From assembly GCA_963664395.2 (NCBI GenBank), contig OY761159.2:3616001-3680000 (forward strand): DNA of 64,000 nt. Reading direction: 5' to 3'. Below the pieces are notes generated by a model that made no database searches, was not told the DNA's origin, and was given only the letters and a program-made list of their open reading frames with translations. Below are positions 1-9,391 of the stretch, in pieces (position 1 is the first letter of the stretch; each line of letters starts with the position of its first letter). Origin of the DNA: Candidatus Binatia bacterium (lineage in GTDB: Bacteria; Desulfobacterota; Binatia; Bin18). Made by a program: the position numbers and the translations under genes.

Positions 1-545
1 CTGGCGTGATAGCGATGGGCCACCGCAATTTCAGCCAGCGACCTGGTGGTTGTGCCGGTGTCGCGCAAATAGCGCATGGCAGACATGCCGAATCGCTGGG
101 CAGGTGAGGTCCAGCCCCAGGGCATCATGAACTGATTATCCTCGGCCGCTCGGGTTGGCGGAACCGGACCGCTCGGTGCCTGTCCACCCATGCGCCGACC
201 GGAGCGACCGTTCATGGACCGGAAGATCAGCATGGTTTTGCAATAGCCGGCTTCAAGCAGACCGATTGTATTACCAATCAGCGCTTCGGTACTCGACCCT
301 CCGCCGAGAATATCAACCGAATAGTTGAGCCGCATACCGAGCGCGGTGGCGACGTGATTCGAGGTCGTTGAGTCACCAGCCTGGTAGCTGGTCATACCGT
401 CAATATCGCGCGGTTCCAGGCCAGCGTCGGCCATGGCCTTTTTGGCTGCCTCACACGCCATGGACAAGGTGGTGCGATTTGATGGACGCATATGCGGCGT
501 TTCTCCTACGCCGACAATGCAGTATTTGTCGGTGAGTGCTCCCAT
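1..545 (-). CDS. Thiolase-family / lipid-transfer-like protein (3' end runs off window)
   Basis: Manual translation from ATG at 545: MGALTDKYCIVGVGETPH...AMADAGLEPRDIDGM...GGGSSTEAL...EAGYC...PWGWTSPAQRFGM...LAEIAVAHRYHA; typical SCP-x-like thiolase N-terminus. Not in ORF track because truncated. Confidence 0.8.
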   Translation of the reverse strand, partial: MGALTDKYCIVGVGETPHMRPSNRTTLSMACEAAKKAMADAGLEPRDIDGMTSYQAGDSTTSNHVATALGMRLNYSVDILGGGSSTEALIGNTIGLLEAGYCKTMLIFRSMNGRSGRRMGGQAPSGPVPPTRAAEDNQFMMPWGWTSPAQRFGMSAMRYLRDTGTTTRSLAEIAVAHRYHA

Positions 546-555
546 AGTTCCCTCC

Positions 556-1584
556 TTATGCCTGCATCTGTTGCCGAACTTCCTGAACGAGTTCCCGATA
601 GCGCCCTTTGTCCTGGCGCTCCGAGGCACCAAGGCCAAGGATGAGTCGGTCTAAGAGCCCTGCATATCGATGAGCCAGTTTCCTGGCGATTTCGTCATAG
701 GTGCCGATGACGGCGATTTCATCCAACATCTCATCGGTAATTTCCGCCGCCATACCGTCCCAGTCGCCTTTGGCCGCCTTTTCATTCAGCCGAAAGCAGG
801 TATCTCCCCAGCCGTGTGCGTCGAGTACGCCTTTATAGGTCCGCGTTGAGGCATAAAAAGAGACTTGTTGACGAACCGGGCCGATGGCTTGCCGGACCTC
901 GTCCGGCGTGGCTCCGCTGGCAATAAACGTCCCGGTTTGCAGGGTGAAATCCTGCCGCTTCCGGCTGGCTTTGGCGAGACCTTTTTCAATATTTGGAATC
1001 ACGGTTTCTTTGAGGTAGGTCGGGGTGTGAAAATTATGGACAAAAAATCCGTCGCACACCTCACCGGCAAGCTGGCTGATCAAAGGATTCAAGCCGGAGA
1101 TAATAATGGGAATATGCGGCTGCTCAATCGGGCCGGGATTAAAGAACGGTGTCATCAGCGAGAATTGATAAAACTCACCCTCGAAATTGAGCGGGGTGCC
1201 ATTCTGCCAACAGTCCCAAATAGCCCGTAGCGACAGGACGACTTCGCGCAGGCGTTTCACCGGGGCTTCCCATTTGACACTAAAACGCCGCTGGTTGTGG
1301 CCCTTGACCTGGGTGCCGAGCCCGAGCATGAAGCGCCCGCCAGAGTTGGCTTGTAAATCCCAGCAGATATTCGCCAGCACCATGGGACTGCGCGGAAAGA
1401 CAATGGCCACACCGGTGCCAAGCTGGATACGTTCCGTTTCCCTGGCGGCGACCACGAGTGGAAAAAACGGATCGTGGCTCGTCTCTGCACTCCACAGCCC
1501 ATCCAAGCCCAGCTCTTCAGCCTCGCGTGCAACCGTGGCCGCCGCATCAAAGGTCGAGGGCATAAAGGCAGTGTCAATTTTCAT
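556..1584 (-). CDS. LLM-class (probably F420-dependent) oxidoreductase
   Basis: AETSHDPF, GRFMLGLGTQVKGH, FYASTRTY motifs of the luciferase-like F420-dependent family. Confidence 0.85.
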   Translation of the reverse strand: MKIDTAFMPSTFDAAATVAREAEELGLDGLWSAETSHDPFFPLVVAARETERIQLGTGVAIVFPRSPMVLANICWDLQANSGGRFMLGLGTQVKGHNQRRFSVKWEAPVKRLREVVLSLRAIWDCWQNGTPLNFEGEFYQFSLMTPFFNPGPIEQPHIPIIISGLNPLISQLAGEVCDGFFVHNFHTPTYLKETVIPNIEKGLAKASRKRQDFTLQTGTFIASGATPDEVRQAIGPVRQQVSFYASTRTYKGVLDAHGWGDTCFRLNEKAAKGDWDGMAAEITDEMLDEIAVIGTYDEIARKLAHRYAGLLDRLILGLGASERQDKGRYRELVQEVRQQMQA

Positions 1585-1593
1585 TGGTGGTTC

Positions 1594-1656
1594 CTCATGC
1601 GACTCATGCGACTCATGCGACTCATGCGACTCATGCGACTCATGCGACTCATGCGA
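1594..1656. repeat. Perfect 9-bp tandem repeat (CTCATGCGA)x7
   Basis: Seven exact copies read directly; fills the gap between the ACAD stop codon and the LLM RBS. Confidence 0.97.
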
Positions 1657-2811
1657 TTAATAGGATCTTGGCATTCCCAGCACATGCTCGGCAATAAAAT
1701 TGAGCACCATATTATTTGAGATCGGCGCGATTGAGAATAAGCGACTCTCACGAAACTTGCGCTCCACGTCGTACTCTGACGCAAAACCATACCCGCCGTG
1801 GGTATCGATGGCCGCATTTGCTGCCGCCCACGATGCTTGTGAGCACAGGAGCTTGGCCATGTTGGCCTCTGCACCACAGGCTTCACCGGCGTCAAATAAA
1901 TCAGCGGCGTGAAAGCGCATGAGGTCCGCGGCCTCAGTCTGGGCGTACGCCTGAGCCAGTGGGAACTGGATGCCTTGGTTCTTGGTGATAGGCCGTCCAA
2001 AAATCTCTCGTGCGTTGCCGTACTGGACGGATCGCTTGATAAACCAGCGGGCGTCACCAATGGCCTCGGAGGCGACCAGGATACGCTCGGCATTCATCCC
2101 GTCGAGAATATAGTAGAAGCCGGAGCCCTCTTCGCCAATCAGGTTTTCGACCGGGACTTTAAGCTCATGGAAAAAGAGCTGGTTGGTTTCATGGTTAATC
2201 ATGGCGTCAATCGGGCGCACTTCGACGGCGTCTCCGGCCTCACGTAGATCAACCAGAAAGATACTCATGCCCAGCGTTCTTTTCGGGCTCTCGTCATACG
2301 GCGTGGTCCGGGCCAGAAGGAGGAGCATGTCGGAGTGCTGCACCCGAGAGGTAAAGATTTTACCGCCGTTCACAATATAATAGTCACCGTCTCTTTTGGC
2401 CGTGGTGCGAATATGCGTCGTGTCAGAGCCGGCATCCGGCTCGGTGACGCCAAAGGCTTGGAGTCGAAGCTCTCCGCTCGCAATCCGGGGTAAATAGCGC
2501 TGTTTCTGTTCAGCGCTGCCGTGCCGGAGCAGGGAACCCATGATGTACATCTGGGCATGGCAGGCGGCGGCGTTTCCGCCCGAGCGGTTGATCTCTTCTA
2601 AAATAACGCTGGCCTCTGTCATCGTCAGTCCCGAGCCACCGTATTGTTCGGGGATTAAGGCCGCTAACCAGCCTGCCGTAGTCAGCTCATCAACAAATTG
2701 TTCAGGATAGTGATTTTCCTTATCGAGCCTGCGCCAATATTCATCTCCATACTGACTACAGAATTTGCGAATCTCACTGCGAATTTCCGGACAGCGCTCT
2801 TTTTCTGACAT
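1657..2811 (-). CDS. Acyl-CoA dehydrogenase
   Basis: FGVTEPDAGSD, NGGKIFTS, HGGYGFASEY motifs. Confidence 0.93.
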   Translation of the reverse strand: MSEKERCPEIRSEIRKFCSQYGDEYWRRLDKENHYPEQFVDELTTAGWLAALIPEQYGGSGLTMTEASVILEEINRSGGNAAACHAQMYIMGSLLRHGSAEQKQRYLPRIASGELRLQAFGVTEPDAGSDTTHIRTTAKRDGDYYIVNGGKIFTSRVQHSDMLLLLARTTPYDESPKRTLGMSIFLVDLREAGDAVEVRPIDAMINHETNQLFFHELKVPVENLIGEEGSGFYYILDGMNAERILVASEAIGDARWFIKRSVQYGNAREIFGRPITKNQGIQFPLAQAYAQTEAADLMRFHAADLFDAGEACGAEANMAKLLCSQASWAAANAAIDTHGGYGFASEYDVERKFRESRLFSIAPISNNMVLNFIAEHVLGMPRSY

Positions 2812-2872
2812 TGGGTTTCCTCCAGATTAAAATGATACAGACTCCGACGGCCAAAATAACCGCTCGCGTGTT

Positions 2873-3616
2873 TTACTCTCTGGTAAACAGGAGGTCGGGA
2901 CGGAGGACGGTGTTGCCTCGGGCGAGGGCGTTCACGGTCGCCTTGGAGACCATGACCGCAGTCGGGTTTTTAGCGGCCAGGCTCCGGGCCAGGGCGTACG
3001 CGGTCGGCAGCAGTTCTGCCTGTGTGACGACCTGATTGACCAAGCCGAGTTGGAGAGCTTCGTCCGCCTTGAGGTGCCGACAGTTGAGTATGATGTCTTT
3101 GGCTCGGTTCGGACCCACATTGGCAACCAGGAGGGCGGTTGAGGCCGGACTCAGCGGCACGCCGAGGTCCACTTCGGGAAACCAGAACTCGGCCTCCTCA
3201 ACGGCTATCCGAAAATCACACGCCAGCGCCAGTGACCAACCGCCGCCAATCGCGTAGCCGTTGATTGCGGCAATCACCACAGGCTCCATGCTGGCAAACA
3301 TGTCGAGCGTACGGGCAATGGCGCGCGTCCAGCGTTTACCGAGCGGGGCGAAGATCTTGCGCCGTTCCTGGCGATCACTGATGCCTCTGATGGGCGATAA
3401 GTCCGCGCCGGCTGAAAACGTATTGCCCGAGCCGGTAAAAACGACGACGCGAATGTCTTTGTCATCGCGTATCTGGTATTGCAGGCGCTCGAGTTCCAGG
3501 GAGATGTCTTCGTTGAGCGGATTCCGTTTCTCTGGCCGGTTAAAGGTGAGCGTGGCAATGGTCCCGTCTTTTTCCAAAAGAAAATGCTCTGGCACAGTGG
3601 ACCCCCTTGGCGGCAT
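2873..3616 (-). CDS. Enoyl-CoA hydratase/isomerase
   Basis: NRPEKRN, FSAGADL, AINGYAIGGG, PEVDLG crotonase motifs. Confidence 0.9.
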   Translation of the reverse strand: MPPRGSTVPEHFLLEKDGTIATLTFNRPEKRNPLNEDISLELERLQYQIRDDKDIRVVVFTGSGNTFSAGADLSPIRGISDRQERRKIFAPLGKRWTRAIARTLDMFASMEPVVIAAINGYAIGGGWSLALACDFRIAVEEAEFWFPEVDLGVPLSPASTALLVANVGPNRAKDIILNCRHLKADEALQLGLVNQVVTQAELLPTAYALARSLAAKNPTAVMVSKATVNALARGNTVLRPDLLFTRE

Positions 3617-3732
3617 GCAATAACGGCCTCATCTAAGCGGACGCCCTGCCGTCTGGCAAGAGAGGCGGGCGCGGTCTTTCTCTTGGAAATAGGATATGCT
3701 TGGTCCAAGTTGAGCAGACAAAGGAGGGCAGT

Positions 3733-4503
3733 ATGGATCTTGGACTCTCGAACAACGTCGCAATGATTAGTGGCGCGAGTCGTGGCATTGGGCGAGCCAT
3801 TGCCTTGGGCCTGGCCGCAGAAGGCTGTCGATTGAGCCTGTGTGCTCGGGGCAGAGAGCCGCTTGAGGCAACCGCGCAAGAAGTCCGAAGGGCGGGCGTT
3901 GATGTACTGGCCACAGCTCTGGATGTGACGCAAGAAGCCGAGGCCCGGAGCTGGGTTGAAGCAACGCAGCAACACTTTGGGGGGATAGACATTCTCATCA
4001 ACAATGTTGGCGGTTCCCGTCCGGGCGGCAATCTGGATGCCTCTCGGAGTGACTGGCAGGCCGGCTTTGCCTTGAATTTCTTTTCAGCGCTGGACCTGTG
4101 CCGGCTGGTCGTCCCGTCCATGGAAGACCGCAAAGCGGGCTGCGTGATTAATATTACCTCCATCTACGGCCGCGAGTGGGGTGGACCTATGACCTATAAT
4201 GCCTCAAAGGCCGCCATGATCAGTTTATCCAAAGAAATGGCCCGCGCGCTTGCTCCCAAAGGGATTCGAGTCAATAGCGTTGCCCCTGGGTCGATTCTTT
4301 TTCCTGGGGGGGCCTGGGAACAACGCCAAAAAGAAAACCCCGCAGGCATTGCCGCTTTTGTCAAAGCCGAGCTGCCAGCCGGTCGTTTTGGGAAGCCGGA
4401 AGAAGTGGCGGATGTGGTCGTCTTTTTGGCTTCGGAGCGATCTGAATGGGTTTCCGGGGCATGCATTACTGTTGACGGCTGTCAGTCACGCTCGTTGATT
4501 TAA
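3733..4503 (+). CDS. SDR family oxidoreductase
   Basis: GASRGIG, NNVGG, YNASK catalytic YxxxK; AAGGAGG RBS before ATG 3733. Confidence 0.92.
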   Translation: MDLGLSNNVAMISGASRGIGRAIALGLAAEGCRLSLCARGREPLEATAQEVRRAGVDVLATALDVTQEAEARSWVEATQQHFGGIDILINNVGGSRPGGNLDASRSDWQAGFALNFFSALDLCRLVVPSMEDRKAGCVINITSIYGREWGGPMTYNASKAAMISLSKEMARALAPKGIRVNSVAPGSILFPGGAWEQRQKENPAGIAAFVKAELPAGRFGKPEEVADVVVFLASERSEWVSGACITVDGCQSRSLI

Positions 4504-4515
4504 GGGGAGAGAAGC

Positions 4516-5319
4516 ATGAACGAGCGCTACGAAACCTTGGAACTGCGACGGGACAAAGACCTATTGTGGCTGGTCTTGAACCGTCCGGCATCGCTGAACG
4601 CCATGAATAGTCTGCTGGTCAACGAGCTGCACGGCGTGCTCGACGAACTGCACCAGGATCAGACCGTCCGGGTGGTCATCCTGCGTGGCGCGGGCCGCGG
4701 CTTTTGTGCCGGGCTTGATCTCAAACAGTCCGCCGCCGCCACCGGCACCTATTCTGTTGCCCAGGGCCTGCGTGACCAGCGCCGGATTGCCGAACTGGCG
4801 ATTAAAATTCACCGCGCTCCGCAACCGTTTATTGCGGCTATTCACGGCCCGGCCGCCGGGGGTGGTTTTGCCTTGGCTCTGGCGAGCGATATCCGCATTG
4901 TGGGGGAATCCGCCCGTATGAATGCGGCCTTTATTCGCATCGGGCTGTCGGCCTGTGATGTGGGCGTGAGTTATTTTTTGCCCCGCCTGGTTGGGTCTTC
5001 GGTCGCTTCCGAGCTCTTACTGACCGGAGACTTTATTGACGCACACCGGGCCTTGGCAACGGGGCTGGCCTCTCGCCTGGTGCCGGACGCCGAACTGGAT
5101 CAGGCCGCCGAAGCCATGGCCCGCCATATTCTACGCAACTCGCCCCTTGGGGTGAGACTGACGAAAGAATGCCTGCGCTATTCAGTTGACGCGCCAACGC
5201 TGGAGGCGGCCATTGCGATGGAAGATCGGAATCAGATTCTGACCACACAGACACATGACGTGCGTGAGGGGATTGCCGCTTTCCTGGAGAAACGCGAGCC
5301 GCGGTATGAGGACGCCTGA
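4516..5319 (+). CDS. Enoyl-CoA hydratase/isomerase
   Basis: LNRPASLNA, FCAGLDL, HGPAAGGG motifs. Confidence 0.9.
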   Translation: MNERYETLELRRDKDLLWLVLNRPASLNAMNSLLVNELHGVLDELHQDQTVRVVILRGAGRGFCAGLDLKQSAAATGTYSVAQGLRDQRRIAELAIKIHRAPQPFIAAIHGPAAGGGFALALASDIRIVGESARMNAAFIRIGLSACDVGVSYFLPRLVGSSVASELLLTGDFIDAHRALATGLASRLVPDAELDQAAEAMARHILRNSPLGVRLTKECLRYSVDAPTLEAAIAMEDRNQILTTQTHDVREGIAAFLEKREPRYEDA

Positions 5320-5336
5320 CGATAAGTCCTTCCCTC

Positions 5337-5798
5337 TCAGTACACCGTCACCCGGCCGCTGAACCACACCCCCCCGAGCGGGGCATAACACACGCACGGC
5401 GCCCCGATAGGGAGCAGAGTATTCATGTGGCAAAACAATAATTGGTTTCGACAGATGCCGGCGGCGGGGTAAGGAGCATAGTACGGATACGGTGGCGGAT
5501 AGACAGAAGGATAGTGGTGAGGAGGGGAGTAAGGGTAGGGCGGATAAGGGTGAGGGTGATGAGGGTGGTGCTGTCCGTGGACCGGCAGCAAAGGCGTTTC
5601 CTCTTCCAGGCTGCACTGCTGGGCGGTTAGCTGCTCCACGGCTCCAAGCTCCGTGGCCTTGGCAAGCGGTGTCCCCACGTTGAGCAGGGCCACACAGGCT
5701 ACGATAACTTTCAGAGAGTGTATGGTTGTCCGCAGCGGCCACTCCTCCCTTCTTTCAGAACAACGCGAGCATGACGCCTGTGGTTGTGTTTCTTCCAC
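5337..5798 (-). CDS. Hypothetical exported Pro/Tyr/His-rich protein with C-terminal 4-Cys motif (start uncertain)
   Basis: Hydrophobic signal-like segment ending AKA, HPYPPYPY low-complexity tract, CRNQLLFC...PIGAPCVC. Confidence 0.5.
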   Translation of the reverse strand: MEETQPQASCSRCSERREEWPLRTTIHSLKVIVACVALLNVGTPLAKATELGAVEQLTAQQCSLEEETPLLPVHGQHHPHHPHPYPPYPYSPPHHYPSVYPPPYPYYAPYPAAGICRNQLLFCHMNTLLPIGAPCVCYAPLGGVWFSGRVTVY

Positions 5799-5876
5799 AA
5801 ATACCTACGAAGGTCAATTTTGGTCGGTCAGGAACCCCCTGTGGTTGCCCGTCGCACGGCGTGTTGCATCCCACGC

Positions 5877-6539
5877 CTAGGTGGCGAGCAGCCGGGGGAG
5901 TTCAGCAATACTCGGCAGGATGTAGTCCGCCTGCTCCTGCCGCATGACGGCGTCGGTACTGGTCCCGGTGAGTACACCGACAGTGAGTACGCCGGCCGCT
6001 TTGCCAGCCTGAATATCAATGGGTGAGTCGCCAATATACACCGCCTCGTGTGGGTCGAGTTGCAGATGTTCAAGGCACTTACGGACAGGTTCCGGATGGG
6101 GTTTTCGGAGTTTTACATCTTCCCGGCCAACAATGCCGCCAAAGAGGTGGCGGACGCCCCACGTATCCAGAAAGGGCAGGGCGCGGCCGGACGAGGTGGC
6201 GATCCCGAGTCGGAAGCCTCGGCCGTGCAAAGCGTGCAAGGCTTCCACGCTCCCCGGAACGGCCTGCGTCTCTTCATGATAGCGTCGCAGCCATTCGTCC
6301 ATACGACTGTCGGTGATGTGCTTGAGACGGTCCGCCGGGTCGGGATAGTCGGGGGGAAAGAGCTGGACGAGCGGATTCTCCACCCCGCGGCGCATCAACT
6401 CGTACACCCGCTCGCGTGGAACTGGGGGAAGATCGGCTAAGGTGAGGACCTCTAGGGCGATCTCATAGAAGAACTCGACCGAGCGAGCGAGCGTCCCGTC
6501 AACATCAAAGATGATGCCTTTGGCTTGGATGCTACTCAT
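5877..6539 (-). CDS. HAD-family hydrolase (phosphoglycolate phosphatase-like)
   Basis: FDVDGTL, KPHP, YIGDS motifs; ATGA overlap with coaE stop. Confidence 0.88.
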   Translation of the reverse strand: MSSIQAKGIIFDVDGTLARSVEFFYEIALEVLTLADLPPVPRERVYELMRRGVENPLVQLFPPDYPDPADRLKHITDSRMDEWLRRYHEETQAVPGSVEALHALHGRGFRLGIATSSGRALPFLDTWGVRHLFGGIVGREDVKLRKPHPEPVRKCLEHLQLDPHEAVYIGDSPIDIQAGKAAGVLTVGVLTGTSTDAVMRQEQADYILPSIAELPRLLAT

Positions 6540-7132
6540 TCGCCGAGCTGGTCCCACGCCCGTCGGATTTGCTGCTCAAGGTCTTGGAGTGAGCCGTTAT
6601 TGTGGATGACAACATTGGCGTACTTGCGACGCTCTTCGTTTGAAAGTTGGTTTGTAATCCGGGCTTCAGCGTCTTGCGCGGACATGCCGCGTTGTTCAGC
6701 CACACGGGTGATGGCTGCGGCTTTGTCGGTCTCGACTACCCAGACCGTATCTGCGAGAGGGAGCCAGCTGGCTTCAATCAGAATAGCTGCTTCAACTACA
6801 ATGGGTGAGGCAAGTCCTTCAGCTCGCTTTGCGTGGATACGTTGCCGGATTTCCTCAAACATAATCGGATGGACGATGGCATTGAGCCGTGTGAGCGCGT
6901 CCGCACTGCTGAAGACAATGGCACCCAGTTTTTTACGGTCGATGGTGTGGTCTTTTGCCAAGACTTCCTGCCCGAAGGTGTTGGTGACCTGTTTCCAGGC
7001 GGGCTGACCGGGCAGATAGATTTCATGCCCGACTTTGTCTGCGTCAATAACATGGGCGCCAAGGTCGGCCAGGGTCTTGGAGACCGTACTTTTGCCTGAG
7101 CCGATCCCGCCGGTGAGTCCAATGGTTTTCAT
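6536..7132 (-). CDS. coaE: Dephospho-CoA kinase
   Basis: GLTGGIGSGKST, IDAD, LNAIVHP. Confidence 0.95.
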   Translation of the reverse strand: MKTIGLTGGIGSGKSTVSKTLADLGAHVIDADKVGHEIYLPGQPAWKQVTNTFGQEVLAKDHTIDRKKLGAIVFSSADALTRLNAIVHPIMFEEIRQRIHAKRAEGLASPIVVEAAILIEASWLPLADTVWVVETDKAAAITRVAEQRGMSAQDAEARITNQLSNEERRKYANVVIHNNGSLQDLEQQIRRAWDQLGE

Positions 7133-7317
7133 GCGCCGCCTGCCTTACGTAGCATAGAACTGGGTTGTGTCAGAGATAGGTGGCGGCGGCAAGGGCGAGG
7201 CAGGCTTCTCTCTTGCTGCTGAGCATGGTATCACAACGAGCGAAGTCGCTGTAATGCGTAAACGTGCCAACATCCGGATGTCTGTTGGAGGGCATGTGTA
7301 CGCATCGTAGAGGATGT

Positions 7318-8067
7318 ATGCCATACGCAGACATACACGGAGTCAAACTCCATTATGAGGATGTCGGAGACGGGCCGCCTTTCCTCTTATTACCGGGAGC
7401 GTTGGGAACCGGACAATCGGATTTCGCTCTACAGTTAGAATCGCTCCCACAGCACGGACTGCGTGTTATTGCGCCTGACCCACGCGGCTATGGTAAATCC
7501 CGCCCTCCCGCGCGCGAATTCCCGCCTGACTTTTATCAACAGGATATGCGCGATTTCGTGGCGCTTATGGAAACTCTGGGCTGCTCGACATACGCGGTCG
7601 GTGGTTGGAGCGACGGAGCGATTACGAGTTTACTGCTGACGTTGGCCTATCCGCAGCAGGTGACCAGGATGGCCATCTGGGGCGGCAATGCGTATGTCGC
7701 CCAGGATGATATTGACGCCTATGAGAAAACGCGCTGTGTGGCGGATTGGTCCTCACGTACGGCAGCGCCCATGCAGGCCATGTATCGAGATGGATTTCAA
7801 GCGCTCTGGGCCCGCTGGTGTGACGCACAGCAGATGCTCTTGAAAGCGGGCGGAGATTTGTGTCGGGAGCGCTTATCGCAGATTAGATGTCCCACATTTC
7901 TGATGCATGGTGGAAAAGACCCATTGGTGCCGCTGTTTCATGCGCATTGCTTACAGCAAGGGATAGCAGAGGCACGCTTGCACGTGTTTCCGGAGGGGAG
8001 ACACAATATTCATCTCTTCTATGCAGCTGAGTTTAACGAGATGTTAGTCGAGTTTCTTTTGTCTTAA
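7318..8067 (+). CDS. Alpha/beta hydrolase, BPHL/valacyclovir-hydrolase-like
   Basis: GWSDG nucleophile elbow, DPRGYGKSRPP, HGGKDPLVP, PEGRHNIHL. Confidence 0.85.
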   Translation: MPYADIHGVKLHYEDVGDGPPFLLLPGALGTGQSDFALQLESLPQHGLRVIAPDPRGYGKSRPPAREFPPDFYQQDMRDFVALMETLGCSTYAVGGWSDGAITSLLLTLAYPQQVTRMAIWGGNAYVAQDDIDAYEKTRCVADWSSRTAAPMQAMYRDGFQALWARWCDAQQMLLKAGGDLCRERLSQIRCPTFLMHGGKDPLVPLFHAHCLQQGIAEARLHVFPEGRHNIHLFYAAEFNEMLVEFLLS

Positions 8068-8070
8068 TGT

Positions 8071-8096
8071 GTGCGATGTCATGGTGCGATGTCATG
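8071..8096. repeat. 13-bp tandem duplication (GTGCGATGTCATG)x2
   Basis: Exact copies between stop 8067 and RBS of the next gene. Confidence 0.85.
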
Positions 8097-8106
8097 GGAG
8101 GATGCT

Positions 8107-8718
8107 ATGGCCACAGTAGAATTTTTTTACGACTACTCCAGTCCGTGGACCTATTTGGCGTTTACGAAGATTGAGGGGCTGTGCCACAAATACAATGCTG
8201 ACCTTCAGTGGCGTCCGTTTCTGGTTGGTGGGGTGTTTAACACGGTCAACCCTTCGGTGTATGAATTCCGGGAAAAGGGGGTGCCGGCCAAGCAGCACTA
8301 TACGGCAAAAGATATGGGCGACTGGGCGCGCTACTACGGTCTCAAGATTACAATGCCACCCTCTGTTTTCCCGGTGAATTCGATCAAAGCGCTCCGCGGC
8401 GCACTAGTAGCGCTCGAACACCCTGGAAAGTTTCTGCCCTATAGCTATCGGGTGTTTGAAACGTACTGGGGTGAGGACCAGGATATCAGTCAGGATGGGG
8501 TGTTGCAGAAAATCGTTGAAGAAGTCGGCCTTGACGCAGAAGAATACTTCGACAAGATCAAGCGTCAGGACTACAAAGATCAGGTTCGAGCCAACACGGA
8601 CGCGGTGATCAATCGCGGCGGATTCGGTACGCCGACTATATATGTCAATGGCGACTCCATGTTCTTCGGGAATGATCGGTTAGTATTGGTTGAGGAAGAG
8701 TTAAAGCGCAGCGCGTAG
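8107..8718 (+). CDS. 2-hydroxychromene-2-carboxylate isomerase / kappa-GST (DsbA-like)
   Basis: FFYDYSSPWTYL, GGFGTPT, FFGNDRL. Confidence 0.88.
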   Translation: MATVEFFYDYSSPWTYLAFTKIEGLCHKYNADLQWRPFLVGGVFNTVNPSVYEFREKGVPAKQHYTAKDMGDWARYYGLKITMPPSVFPVNSIKALRGALVALEHPGKFLPYSYRVFETYWGEDQDISQDGVLQKIVEEVGLDAEEYFDKIKRQDYKDQVRANTDAVINRGGFGTPTIYVNGDSMFFGNDRLVLVEEELKRSA

Positions 8719-8736
8719 CCGCGTGAAAAGGTCATA

Positions 8737-8776
8737 CAAAAGAGGGCAGCCGTATGATGGTTGCCCTCTTTTGTTT
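8737..8776. terminator. Bidirectional intrinsic terminator
   Basis: CAAAAGAGGGCAGCC...GGTTGCCCTCTTTTG inverted repeat between convergent genes. Confidence 0.75.
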
Positions 8777-8802
8777 TCCGCCCACCGGTGTTCTCTCAGG
8801 CG

Positions 8803-9156
8803 TCAGCCGTCCCAGCCCCACTTCTGTTTGTTGGCTGTAATCTCATCCGCGCTGGGATGGTCTATTTTCTCATGCCCGGCGACCTCAAAATCCGCTTCGT
8901 CGTCAACCATCGCGTAGTTGAGTGGGGTATCGGATTCAAACACGTCGGGGACGGCGATTTCCTCAAAAATGGCCTGCCAGGGACATTCGGGCTCACACGC
9001 CCCACAGTCAATACATTCGTCCGGATGGATATAGAGTTGGTTCGGGAACTTTTCGGCATCGCTGCCGGTGTATTTATAAATACAGTCAACCGGACAAACG
9101 GCCACACAGCCCGTGTCGACGCAGTCCCGGCATAGTCTCGTGATGATGTATGTCAT
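8803..9156 (-). CDS. Dicluster ferredoxin (FdxA-like)
   Basis: [17 protein letters not shown] and [12 protein letters not shown]; AGGAGG RBS. Confidence 0.92.
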   Translation of the reverse strand: MTYIITRLCRDCVDTGCVAVCPVDCIYKYTGSDAEKFPNQLYIHPDECIDCGACEPECPWQAIFEEIAVPDVFESDTPLNYAMVDDEADFEVAGHEKIDHPSADEITANKQKWGWDG

Positions 9157-9391
9157 CGTCTCCTCCTTGCAGCATAGCCAACGCGGGCGGGTAACAGGAA
9201 AAAACACACCCGCCCCGCGAGCCCCACAGTGCTATCGCATCACTTCGGGCAGGTCAATTGCAGACAGGGGCAAAGAAAAAAGGTGTTCTTACTACCCAAG
9301 AGGGAAAGAAGAATACGCGTATTCTGGCCCGTGCAGCCTATTGATCGGAATCTTAATCGAGGGGTCCACGCTGAGAAAAAACACACTATCA

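Noticed and set aside
1594-1656. CRISPR array
   Set aside because: Head-to-tail 9-mers with no spacers; no cas genes in the window.
1187-2093. ORFs with SCD/MRL/MSR peptide repeats
   Set aside because: Shadow frames running through the 9-bp repeat and overlapping real genes.
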